Source: Rhizophagus irregularis (taxonomy: Eukaryota). Taken from it: a stretch of DNA of 64,000 nucleotides. The stretch lies in NCBI RefSeq assembly GCF_026210795.1, contig NC_089431.1, forward strand, positions 2,170,001 through 2,234,000, given 5' to 3'. The first letter of the stretch is position 1; each line of letters starts with the position of its first letter. Both the position numbers and the translations under genes were made by a program. This document shows positions 1 to 12,042 of this stretch, piece by piece. The notes under the pieces were generated by a model that searched no databases, was not told the DNA's origin, and was given only the letters and a program-made list of their open reading frames with translations.

Positions 1-1219
1 TTGTAAAAAGGATTTAAATTCAGATACGGAAGTTGTAGAATAAGTAGGAACTGAAAATCAGGAAGCAAAGATGCAAGATTCACTAGGTGGGAAGGTAAAG
101 CAGCAATCATTTGCGAAATTTGAGTAGGTTGATTAAAATGACGAATAGTAAGGCGATATAAAATTCGATCTAAAAACTTGTTGATAGCAATAAGTTTAGT
201 TAATTCAGGAGAATAGGAATGTCGTTGCGTGTTGGAAACCTTATGAAAAAATAATGTTTCAATTGCAGCACTAAGTATGGCAGCTTTCAAGGCATGCCAC
301 ATACGATCAAGAGAAAGAGAAGAGAAATCAAGACAAGAATTATATTGTTTATCTAAATACACTCCAAGACAATCATCCACTTCAGCGGTGAAATTATTCC
401 ATTGTTCAACTGAAGTGGAGGTATAAGAAAAGATAGTACGCATTTCTTTTTTTTGTTTAAGACGAGACTTGGCCAAAATAGCCAGGCAAGAACTGAAGTC
501 AAAAACAGTTGTAAGAACTTGGGCAAGCAACCACTTGCGAAAAAAGGCCAGGAGCAGAAAAACCAGGTGAAGACCAGATATAATCCAGTCTAGAAGATCC
601 ATTAGCATAATAAAAGGTAGGATCAGGACCCTTAGGAGAAGAATGAGCTTGATGATCGGTAAAAAACCGATAAGAAAGTAAACAAAGAAGTCTAAAATGA
701 TTGGGTGAATAATTGAAGTGAGCAATTTCATCAACATTGAAGTCGCCAAGGATAACTACAAGCACGGGCATGATCAAGCCAAGAAAGAAGTTTGGCAATA
801 AGATCATTACAAATAGACTGATGAATAGAACCAGAAGGGGATAATATAAAGAAATAATAAAAATTTTTGTCTGATGAAAAAAAAGATCCAATTTAAGACC
901 AAGAATCAATTGTTTGAACATGTTTATGAAGAGGATTACGAAGCAATATACCAACACCATCATGGGGACGAGAAGAGGTTGAACAGGCCTAATAGGACTT
1001 AAAATGATGTTGGGAATGATCATTTTTGAAAATAAATTTAGCAATTGAAGGGAAAAGGTGGGTATCATTCAAAGATAAAGCACCAAAAGAAGAGTGAAGA
1101 AAGAAATTAAGTAAATGTTGTTGTCTAACCGGGGAACATAAACCATTAACATTAATTTGATCAAATTTAATAAGAGGAGAAGGGGGAGGAGAAAAATTAT
1201 GTTTATTATTGTCCATCAT
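1..1219 (-). pseudogene. LINE ORF2 N-terminus: apurinic-like (APE) endonuclease, frameshifted
   Basis: APE motifs QINVNGL, ILGDFN and SRLDYIW spread over several frames. Confidence 0.9.
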
Positions 1220-1275
1220 TACTACACTATGATAAAAAGTGTAAGTAGTAAAGGAAAATAATTGGTAATCAATAA

Positions 1276-3254
1276 TTATTGGGAGTTCGCATTATCACGA
1301 GCAACCAAGAATTGTTTTTGTTGAACCATGCCTTGTTGAACCGTTTTAGTGAGTTCAGTAACTGTAGCAGTAAGAGAGGAAAGGCGATCCTGTGGTGAAG
1401 TGGCAGGACCAGGGATCAGACTCATATGGGGAGGGAGAGGAATATGTAATTGAGCGGTAAAGTTGGGACCATTTGGTGGTGAAACAGGGGAGCTAAAATC
1501 CATGAGGTTGTCACTAAGACGTCTAGAATCAGAGGATTCATTATTATCCTATTCTTGATCAATAGGTGCTGTTTCAGGAGGAAGAGGAGCATGAGGTTGC
1601 GAGGATCTTGGAATAGAAGGGGAAAAGTGTTGGTCTTCTAACCATTTAACTCGATTTTGAAGTTGGGCAAATTCTGTGGTTAGATGAGTAATCTTTTCAA
1701 GTATGATAGTGATTTGTTCAGTAATATACTGCCAATCTATTAAAGGCGGAACATCCATTGCAGCTACGTCGTGATCCAAATCTGATTGAGAAGGACAATG
1801 AGGATGACGATGAGCATTATGTTGAGAGCGCGAACGTGAAGAATGAGGATGAGACTGGGACCGGGAAGAAACTCTTCTACTGGCAGCATCGGCATAAGAT
1901 CTGTGTTGGGAATTGGCAGGTCGTGCAAAATGATTATGACGTTTAGCAGGATGAGATGGAGGTAAGTGTTTGTTATATAATTCACGCAATTTATCATTGC
2001 TAGACTATGGACGAGAGGGACGTTGAGGAGCACATGACGAGGCACATTTATCCAGATTACAACCGGGCGACCATAACAATGACAAAGAGAGGAGACATCG
2101 GCAGGTTCATGCCAAGTAAGGCCAATAGATTTGAGAGCGCAAGTAATCCCCATGGCCGATTCTTTAGTAGCAGCAGAGGAGAAATGTACATATGCGTAAG
2201 GCTTAAGATTATAAGAGTTGTAAGAGATAGGAATGTTAACACTTTTAGCGGAAACTTCGTCGGTAATTTCAGAAAGATCAGTGGCAATAGAACCGTGAAG
2301 ATGGCTGGCAAGAAGTGCAACATGGGCGCATCTGACGGCGTGTTGGTCAGGATGCATAAGCAGTGCCCAGTACAAAGAACAGCCCACGTGTTTTCAAATT
2401 GGTCTATAGATGTGGCGGAGTCGAAAATTATATACGCAGTGTGATAAAGTTTTGAAAGGCGTGTTCGGCAGTAGGTAATAATACCATAACGGGAGAAAGT
2501 ACCCTTAATTGTGCATCTGTGACAAAGAGAGGGATGTCAGTAACAACCAGGGTACGAAGCTGTTCATCTACTTTTTTAGCAGATGGGTCATGTTCGTGGA
2601 ACTGTAGATTATGCAGGGAGGCGATAGGCGCAGCTATAGCTTTTTTCATATCTGGCTTGGAACGAAAATAGACAACAATAATTTTAGTGTCGCCTGATCC
2701 TTGAGTGGTAGCTTTACTACCATAAGAGAAAAAAGAGAAGAATTCTCGGTCAGTCGTGTCGTAAGCTTCGCGATTGGTTTTGTAGTGTGTCCAAAATTCT
2801 TTGATAGTAGAGGGCGCAGCCGCAGCATAAAAGCGAAGGGGGAAGATTGTATGGTGGCGGTAAACGCGTCAGGGGATGCAGCGCGTTTAGGTTCAGGAGG
2901 CAAAATTTCTACAGATTTCCCTTTGTCTGCAGAGTTAGAAGGGAAGTGTTGGGAGTCATCAAGGAAAGAACCAGGGACAGGAGCTAAAGGGGACGCGTTG
3001 GTATCAATGGGAGGGGGAGACAAAGTTGGAGCATTATCCTAAGGAGCAGGAGGAGTCAAAATATTATCTTGGTCCATAACGGGTTCAGAAGAAACCTGTG
3101 TGCGTTTTGCAGAGTTGTCGGTCAAAGGTTGTGAAGTAGGACCTGGAATAGAAGCAGAAGAACCTTAACCTTGAACGTTGCCAGAAGGAGGACTCTGGGC
3201 AGGACGTTTTGGAGCAGAAGTACCAGAAGCTTTATTTTTTTGGCTGTTGGTCAT
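1276..3254 (-). pseudogene. LINE ORF1 (gag-like; RRM-type domains, CH knuckle, Ser/Arg-rich tract, coiled coil), disrupted
   Basis: ATG at 3254 (MTNSQKNK). Segments LVVTDIPLF, KPYAYVHFSS and LCHCYGRP match family B ORF1 (LFVTDIPLF, KPYVYLNFSS, LCHVCGRP). Stop at 1276-1278. Confidence 0.8.
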
Positions 3255-3391
3255 AGCTAAAGATAGAAGGGAGAACTAGAAAATATGTAATAGTTAGTAG
3301 TAACGCGAAGTAAATAATAAAAATACTTCGAAAAATTTATTTTATTTTTTGTCACAATATTGTCGTGAGGACAACAGTTTTATCCTTTTCC

Positions 3392-3523
3392 TGTGCAAAC
3401 AGTCTTTTGACTTTATCTTTTATTCATATTTAAAATTCGAGAATAATAAACGAACAATATTACAAAATAAGAAAATAGACTAATAAAAAATAAAAAGAGT
3501 AGCTTCACGACTCATACAACTAA
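3392..3523 (-). mobile_element. Isolated ~130-bp LINE 3' terminal segment flanked by a 16-bp direct repeat
   Basis: Reverse complement (TTGTATGAGTCGTGAAGCTA...AATAAAAGATAAAGTCAAAAGACTGTTTGCACA) aligns with the family B 3' end at ~11903-12042. AGTTTTATCCTTTTCC is present at 3376-3391 and 3524-3539. Confidence 0.85.
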
Positions 3524-3542
3524 AGTTTTATCCTTTTCCGAT

Positions 3543-4154
3543 CACTGGCTGACGAGTTATTCAACAAAATGTTAAACATCGGCATTATAATATTTCTTGA
3601 TTTATGTTTACTGTGCCATTTAACATTTTGCTAGATTTCTCAGTACCTAGTGATTGTAAAAAGACGATTTATAGCTTGTTGGAATCGCCTCATCGAGACG
3701 AATCGAATGGTGGTAAGCTCGCTCATCTCTCTGTGATCAATATTGACGGAGTTATTACTTAAAAACCATTTAATATTTTTAATTTCGGAAATTGATCTAG
3801 TGATTGGATTTCGATGTATCTTATACCATTAGATTCGTCTCATCAAGACGAATCGAATGGTAGTAAGATCGTCTTTCTAGAATCAATATTGGCAGAGTTA
3901 TTACACAAAAACCTTTAATATTTTTTTAATTTTGGAAATTAATCTAGTGATTGGATTTCGACATATTTTATACCATTAGAACCGTCTCATCGAGACGAAT
4001 CGAATGGCGGTAAGATCATCTCTCTACGATTAATATTGGCGAAGTTACGATACAATAAAGTTTTAAGTATAATTCTGGCTAAAATTATGTTAATTTTTGG
4101 CCGGAATTATGATATACAAATATAAAAAATTTTTTATATAGTCACATCTCTTTA
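3543..4154. repeat. Non-autonomous DNA-element remnant starting CACTGG, with three ~150-bp tandem units each centred on a palindrome
   Basis: CATC(G/A)AGACGAATCGAATGG recurs at 3691, 3841 and 3988; CACTG at 3543. The partner end was not found. Confidence 0.65.
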
Positions 4155-4311
4155 TAATCACCAAATATGGAGGATCATCGCAACTCTTTCCTGAATTTTT
4201 GAAAATACTAATAAAAATTTATTTTTGAAATTTTCGTTTGAAAATTTCTAAGTGCTCGTTCAAAATACTAATATTTCCACAGTTGCTTTCTTCTTTACTG
4301 AGCTTTATACT

Positions 4312-6369
4312 ATGACTACACATCCAGCTCCTTCTGTTATTAACCCAGATATTCCGCCGCCACCGCGTCCTGTTATCTCTGCTCCCTCTGGAGACTGACC
4401 TTTGTCTCCCACTAATACCGTTGGCATACCAAACAAACGTTCGCGTACTGTCTCTGAGGACGCTATGAATGTTGATATAACTTCGCCCTCTGCTTTTGCT
4501 CCCAACCTTATTTCTACCGTTCCTTCTGGTCTTCCTGTCAACAAAGTTCACGTGATTACATCTCCTCAAAATATTACCACTCCTGTTGAAACTGTTGACG
4601 CTTCTATCCATGCTCCCTCTAACACCAGTGGTAAAGGCTGCTGCTATCAAATCTGCACCTTCTCGTTATCATGCTGCGGCCTACCTACACGACACGCCTG
4701 ACGCGTTCAAAGCTAAATTCACCACCAATCGCTCCATGTGTGATGAAGTGGATTGTTCACTCTCCCGTTATTCTTCTTATGGCGCTCGCGCATGATGTGA
4801 AGGATCAGGCGATAACAAGAAAATCCTTGTCTTCTTCAATAATCATGATGATTATACCGATTGTATCACCTCCCCATGTGCCGATCTCCTCGATTTGGCC
4901 TTCAGTCATTATTCCCCTGCAGTCGCCAAGCTCAGTGATGAAATGAAGTCTTTGTTCGTCACTGATATCCCACTTTTCCTAACCGAGACTCAAGTCCGTC
5001 AGGCATTTTCCCGATATGGCACTGTAATCAAGTGCAAACTTACTCCTAGGAAACATTACTATAATGGACATATCCAGTTTTCGCAGTTACCCAATTTAAT
5101 GATATTTGGGCGATCATTTGCCTTGGTAATTCTTTACGTGTCTGCCCGGCATCTTTTTCGAAATCCCAACGCGATAGCAGCAGAGAACATGTTACTATCC
5201 TCGCCGGCATCCCAAAGAATATTAAAGAAGCTGACCTGTTGGAAATTGCTACTCAAGTTAACGCTAAGGCCCTTAACGTTTCTCTATCTATCAGTTCCTA
5301 CAAGCCTAAACCCTATGTATATTTGAATTTCTCCTCATTTGAATGTCTTGAAGCTGCCAAAGAAATGACCGTAGCTTTCCACAGCAAAGGATTAACATGG
5401 CACCCTCCTAATGAAGCACAAACTTTATGCCACGTTTGTGGGCGTCCTGGTTGTTCTCCCTCTGTATGTAATCCTCGTACCATACGGAAAGTGGATGATC
5501 GCCTTAATAAACTTTATTCTCGCTTCAATGCTGGCCCTAGACGTGGTCGTCAGGATTCACGCCAATCACGTGAAAATTCCAATTCCCGTTCAAGATCGTG
5601 ATCCAATTCTAGAACCCGCAATAATAATTCATCTTCATCCCGTTCCAACAATGGCAACAATAATACTAACACTTCTCATCCCAACACTTCTCGAAGTAGC
5701 AACCGGACCAACAATAATACTAATAATCACAGGAACAATGAAAATTCTTCCGGTTCTACTCAACCTCCACATAAACCTCATTCTGTCAGTTCTACACCAC
5801 CTACTTCTCCATCTGACAATCTTGCCCATACACTTCTTCAACATATTATTGATGATTTAAAGGCGCAAATCAAAGAGATCGCTAACACCCTACATACTCT
5901 AGAGGAAACTGTCTCTTGGATGAATGATACTACCACGTCCCATGAGTATAGGCTATCTGAGCTTGAATCAATGATGAATTATGACAACCCTGGTGACTCT
6001 GATTTGTATCTGCCTCGTGATGATCATGAAAATCAAAATCATTCTTATAATAATGGATGGGATGATGCCCCAACCCAAGACACGAATTCTGGATTCAATC
6101 TTCCTCCCCATACTTCCCCTTCTCTCATGGACACTTCTCCTGATGCTTCTTTCTCAGCTCTGGATCCTAACTCCGTCTTATCAAGAAGACATGTCCCGTT
6201 ACCTAACTCCCGACCTACTATTATTTCTCCCAATACTAATACTTCCCGTTTGCAATTGGAGATTTCTAATGTCACCAATACACAAAAGAATCTTTCTGCC
6301 CAACTTGGTTCGATTATGGAAAAATTGGACTCCTTCTCTCCCTCAAAACCCTCCCCTTCCAATGATTGA
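4312..6369 (+). pseudogene. LINE ORF1 (RRM-type nucleic-acid binding), frameshifts and stops
   Basis: ATG at 4312; RRM-like SLFVTDIP...QAFSRYGTV...GHIQF; CHVCGRPGC knuckle; premature TGA at 4793 and 5599. Confidence 0.85.
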
Positions 6370-9300
6370 ACACCAATTTATATCGGGTGCTTCACAGGGA
6401 TCTCACCCCCTGATAGTGCGCTACTTAATATTAATAGTCCTAATAACTCTCCTTCTTCCTTTTCCCCTCTTATTAATTTTGGACAAATCAATGTTAATGG
6501 TTTGTGCTCCCCTGTTCATCAGTTACATTTGTTAAATTATTTTCTCCATTCTTCTTTTGGCGTTTTATCTTTAAATGATACTCGTCTTACTTCTTCTAGT
6601 GCTAAATTTATTTATCAAACTGAACATTCCCAACATAATTTTAAGTCCTATTGGGCTCCTTCCCCTTCTAATTCACGACCTCATGATGGTGTTGGTCTTT
6701 TACTTCGCCATCCCTTACATAAACATGTTCAGAAAATTGATCCTTGAAAAGGTCGCCTTTTAAAATTAGATCTTTTTTTTCATCAAACAAAAATTTCTAT
6801 CATTTCTGTTTATATTCCTCCCTATCATTCTGTTTATTATAAAGAACGTGATGCTGTTTTTGCCCAACTTAATTTATGGCTTGATAAAGCCCGCTCTAAT
6901 AACTATCACGTAGTCATCCTTGGTGATTTTAATGCAGATGAAATTTCACATTCATATCTTCCTCAACATCATTTGAAAATTTTACGATCACTTTCTTATC
7001 GATATTTTACGGATCATCAATCCCATATTTCTTCAATTTCAGGTCCTAGTCCTACCTTTTATCATCAAAATGGTTCTTCAAGACTTGATTATATTTGGTC
7101 ATCCCCTGGCTTTCCTGCTCCCAGTCTTTTCTCTCATGTTGAATCTTATCCCAAGTTGAATGATAACCAATTTACTGACCACCGTGTACTCATTACAGCC
7201 TTCGACTTTAATTCTTGTTTCGCTACTTTAGCCAAAGCTAGACTAAAACAGAAAAGCGAACAACGCACCATTTTTCTCTACAAGAATTTAAAAGAAGACA
7301 CTTGGGACACATTTTCTAATGAAGTAAACTCACGTCTCGAGTTGTATTTGGCCACACACCATCCTTCCGTATCTTCACTTTCAGCTCTTTCCTTAAACAA
7401 ACTTTGGCACGCTCTTAAACGCTCTATTCTTGGTGGTGCCATTGATTCAACATGTATCCAATACTCATCACCATAAATATTCTCCGGAACTTACGATGCT
7501 TATTGCTATCAACAAATTCTTGGATAGATTATTGTTCAAATTGACCACGTCTCGGCTTAGTCGTCCTGCTCAAATTTCACAGATGATTAATTCTTTACCT
7601 ACACAATTGATTCTATTGAAATCCCTTTTAACGGATTATACTATACCTATTTATAGTACAACACCACTTCCTGCTTTTGTAAAATTTTTGCGTTCACAAA
7701 AAGCTTTGGTCTCTGCTTATCTTTCCACGCAATTTCATCAACATCGTGTGGATTCTATTGAATATTATACTGCCCTTAGAGACAAACATTTCTCTATATC
7801 GCCAGGCTCCTTTATTTCTTCAGCCCTGTCAGTGGAACATCGCTCTATCGTTCTTGATAGAGTCTTGGTTGTAATTGACTCCAATCCCACATTACTTACC
7901 GAGCCTTCTGATATCAAACAAGCTGCCATCAAACATTTCCAATCAGTTGCTACTCCTCCTTTGATCCAATATTCTTCTATTGACGAATTTCCTCCACGTT
8001 GGCAAAGAGCATATACTCCTATTTCTGATATCGACTCATCTTTATATAACTCGGTCATGTCGCCTATTCTGGATGAAGAATGGATGATTATTCTTCAGTC
8101 TATGCCTAATAACAAAGCCTCTGGCCCTCTAAAATTTCTTACGAAATGCTCAAACATTTAACTGGAGAAGCCTTCAATTTGTCTCTTGTTTTAGCCAATG
8201 CCTGCCTTACTCATGGTGATATTTCTGCGGATTGGCGTGAAGCGCTTGTTTATCCCATTCCGAAGCCTCATGAATTTGACGCTCAATTAAAGAATACACG
8301 ACTTATCACTTTATTAGAAACTGTTCGGAAATGTGTGGTCAAGGTCGTTACAACTCGTCTTTCAAAAATCCTAGCTGATAACCAAATACTTCAGGGTGGT
8401 AATTTTGCTGGATTACCAGGTGGATCCACTGACATTTCTATCAAAATGCTTGACGCGATTATTCATCAACGCCGCTTTGATAAAACTGATGACCAAGAGT
8501 TATGGATTGTTTCCCAAGACATTTCTAAGGCCTTTGACTCGATTGATTTAAATATGCTCAAGTTGGCTTTAATCTGTTTACATATCCCGCCCTTGTTGAT
8601 AAAATTTATTATCAATCTTTTCACAAGACGCAATAACAAAATTATTACTCATTATGGTGATACTTCCGGAATTATTTCCCCGTTATTATGAGTGATTTAT
8701 TTGGATCCTTTACTTACAACGCTTAATCAAGAAGCTTGTGATCCTTTTATTTTGAAATCCTCTGTTTTATTGGATTATTCCCCGATTGAATATGAACAAC
8801 ATAACCTTCCTGTTTCACATATCACATTTATGGATGACTCTACTTTGATTGCTTCATCTAAACGAGGAATTGAAGATCGCCTTTCCATTACAGCTGAATT
8901 TTATACTTTAAATAATACTCAAGCTAATTCAGCTAAATATATCTTTCTTTCTTCTGAACAATTATCTCAAATTATAGTGTTTGATCTTTTCCCATCTCCT
9001 TTAATCCAAACTTGTACCCTTACTTTAAATGCTTTAGCTTTATCCAAGTCTTTTCGCTTTTTAGGTGTCTGGTTTTGCCTTTCAGCTTCTTCTCGCTTTG
9101 TTCATGATCAAAGCACTTCCATGGTCAAAGACATGGCTGCTTTACTCAGTCCTAAGAAACTTTTGGCACAACATGTGGCTTATCTTTATAACGTTGTCTT
9201 ACTTCCAAGGCTAGAATTTCGCCTACAAACCACATTATTTGCTGAATCCACCATTAATCGCATAGTTTCTCCAATGCTTTCTCTTATTCGACAAAAGGCT

Positions 9301-11777
9301 GGTTTAGCCTCAGTCACTCCTCTTTCCGCGCTTTTCACATTGTTGCCGTTCTCTATTCAACAAGCATTTGGTCGATTTCTATCATCTCATGTGGCTTCAT
9401 GGCAAAAAAATTTTTCTCACCCTTTACATAAAACCTTTGCCAATTATATGATTACTTATCTCCAAAGCTTCCTAGATTGTGATGCCTGTCCTTCTACTAT
9501 TGACTTGGAACCATGGTCCCATACATTTTTCTTGCGAACACATTCTTTGTTTAATTCTTTATTATTCTCTTCTCGATTGAATATCACGTGGTCTTTATTG
9601 TTCCGACCTCCGAGAAAAGATCTATGTCCGGCAATTCCACTCTGGTCGATTTTACCGAAAGACTTATTCACTTCCATGAAAAATGTTCGGAAAAATTTTT
9701 GTACTCGTTTCCTTGCCCAATTGGTTACTCTGTGTGGCTCTCGGCTTCTTCCATGGAGAGATTTACGCTTTCTTAAACGAGTTTCGAACAAAGGATCTGT
9801 GCCTGCTTGGTTTACTTATTTATTTAATTTAGTTGTTGTTTCTAATTCTTCTTCTTTTTTTCTTTTACCGCAATTTAGAATACCTAATTCCTATACTGTT
9901 GCTTCTATCTGTTCTATAGATATTAGTCAAAATTATTTGTTTAATCCACAATGGGCTATTTTTTTTAATCGCGATACTAACTCTTTCCTTGTTGGCCGTG
10001 TGATCATTACCTATCCTGCTCCGCGAAATGAAGCTCTTATTTCACATTGGGATTGCGTCATCTGTTGATGACTTATTATCAGAATTCACTGCATGCCAAG
10101 GTTGTGCCTCTGCTATTCCGCGATCCTCTACTTCCAAAACATTGCTTAAACGATGTCCCTCTGAAAAGTGCTTCTCTTATGTGCCTTTATCAAGTCTTAT
10201 CCGTTACCCTACGAAGCCTCGTACTTATATACATGCGGATACTCATTCGGTCTCACTTTCTGCTTCGTTAGGCTATGCCAAATCTCTTTTACTATTTTAT
10301 CTTTTTGCTCCAGTTCGGCTACCTCCTATGCTTAACTAAGTGTCTAGGATTTCTGATATCCAACTTCCTTCTTCGGTGTCTACACTGTATATTGATGGAT
10401 CCTTCCTTCCTCCTTCTAGTCATCCGACACCTTTGATGGCTTATGCATGGACTGCTATCGATTCTGATGGTTTTCTTCTTGAATCTCATTATAATACCAT
10501 TCCTTCCCTCTTTCCCTCTGCATTGCGTTCCGAAATTTTTGCCTTATTGCATGGATTGGACTCCCTCCCTCGGTATTCCAAGATTACTGTCACTACTGAT
10601 TGTGCTCAATTAATTTCCTTATGGTCTACGTATGTGGATGCGCCGTTCATTCCTAAAATGCTTAAAGAATTCAACCACCTCCTATGGTCTTCGGCACTAG
10701 CTATTATCTCACAAAAGAATCTGGAAGTTACTTTAATCAAGGTTCCTGCTCACGCTGACGATTCCTTGAATAACCATGTTGATGACTTAGCGAAAGCTGC
10801 TCATACAGACTCACGTCTTTCCTCTATTTCACCTGCATTTTTGGCTCCTTGCATTTTACAATTTAATTCTTTACCTGTGGATATGAATATCCGGAAATTC
10901 ATTGGAGATATTTTTGACGCCAAGAGTCTTTTGACTCTTGCTTTATTACCAAGATTCAATATTAATTCCTCTATTTCAGATATTGATTGGGCTTGTACCA
11001 AATTTTGTTTTAATAATAAACAATTACAATCCTCCCATCGAAATGGCCGGTCTGAATTTTGTGCTTTCCGTATCAAGATTTTATTGGATATGCTTCCGAC
11101 ACTCACAACTCTTCAAAGACGAAAGCCTCATATCTATGATCTGAGTTGGCTCTGTCCTCAGTGCAACTCCTCTCCTGAGACTTTAGACCACTTATGGACT
11201 TGTCCTTATATTTTACCTGAATTTAGTCCTTTTAATACTTTTAAAACACTTCTGCTGGACCTTAGAACCGTTTGTCTTGGAAAATTTCTCTCCGCGACTC
11301 CTTTGAAATCTTTACCGGACTCCTTTGCTGTGGAATTTATGGCTATGGATTGTTGGGACTGTGACCCTCCTTCAAATTCTTATCTGCGACTTGCACGTGA
11401 ACTTATACCGATGTCTTTTACTAGTTTTCTTGGAACATATTTTTCATCATCCACTATTTGTTCTATTTTTGATACACCTTTACATGATTTTCATTTTGAT
11501 CTCTACGTACAAATCTGGTTGTGCCGTTCCGTTTTCTTTCATCATTGGGAATCAGCTCAAGGCATTACCAATAAAATGAAATCGTCCGCTATTGGACCTT
11601 CTCCTACTTCTTATCCTTTCTCGCAAATTTCTCCTGCAATTTCGACACCTTTCTTGGCGACAGCTTCCTTATTTCTTGGGTTTCCTCTTATATAATCCAT
11701 GGGGGATCTTGGATTTCGCATTTGGATTTTGGCGCCGCTTAACAGTTCAGCCTCTACTTAGGATTTCTTTTTGGTAA
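6370..11777 (+). pseudogene. LINE ORF2 polyprotein: APE endonuclease, reverse transcriptase, RNase H, C-terminal zinc finger; disrupted
   Basis: APE: QINVNGL, GDFN, SRLDYIW, TDH. RT: YPIPKP, DISKAFDS, SPLL, FMDD at 8827-8838, FRFLG. RNase H: LYIDGS, RSE, TDC, KVPAH..NNHVDDLAK. Finger: CPQC..ETLDHLWTC. The expected QG motif is missing near 8670 and several stops are present. Confidence 0.95.
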
Positions 11778-12042
11778 CGGATTGGATCTTTGGATATGCT
11801 GGATAGTTGACTCACACTGGCCTTCGGGTAAAGTTGGGGTATGCGTTTCTGTAATAGTTTAGTTTTTCTTTACTTAATTTTATTTTGTTTAGATTTCTTT
11901 ACTTGTATGAATCGTGAAGCTAGTTCTTTTTATTTTTTATGTTTAATTTTCTATATTTTATTTGTAATATTGTTCGATTTGAGTTTTGTACTTTTTGTTT
12001 AAAAATTTTAATAAAAGATAAAGTCATAAGACTGTTTGCTCA

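Larger units (their letters stand above)
1..3391 (-). mobile_element. Non-LTR retrotransposon (LINE family A), 5' part, runs off window start; degraded
   Basis: Frameshifted ORF1 (RRM-like, Cys/His knuckle) followed by an APE endonuclease ORF2; homologous to the + strand element at 4155-12042. Confidence 0.9.
4155..12042 (+). mobile_element. Near full-length non-LTR retrotransposon (LINE family B, copy 1), inactivated
   Basis: 5'UTR, ORF1, ORF2 (APE-RT-RNase H-zinc finger) and a 3'UTR with AATAAA. The start is defined by identity with copy 2 (TAATCACCAAATAT...). Confidence 0.95.

Noticed and set aside
3680..4030. Hammerhead ribozymes in the 150-bp repeats
   Set aside because: The minus strand reads CT(C/T)GATGAGACGAAT; the required CUGANGA and GAAA cores and stem II are absent.
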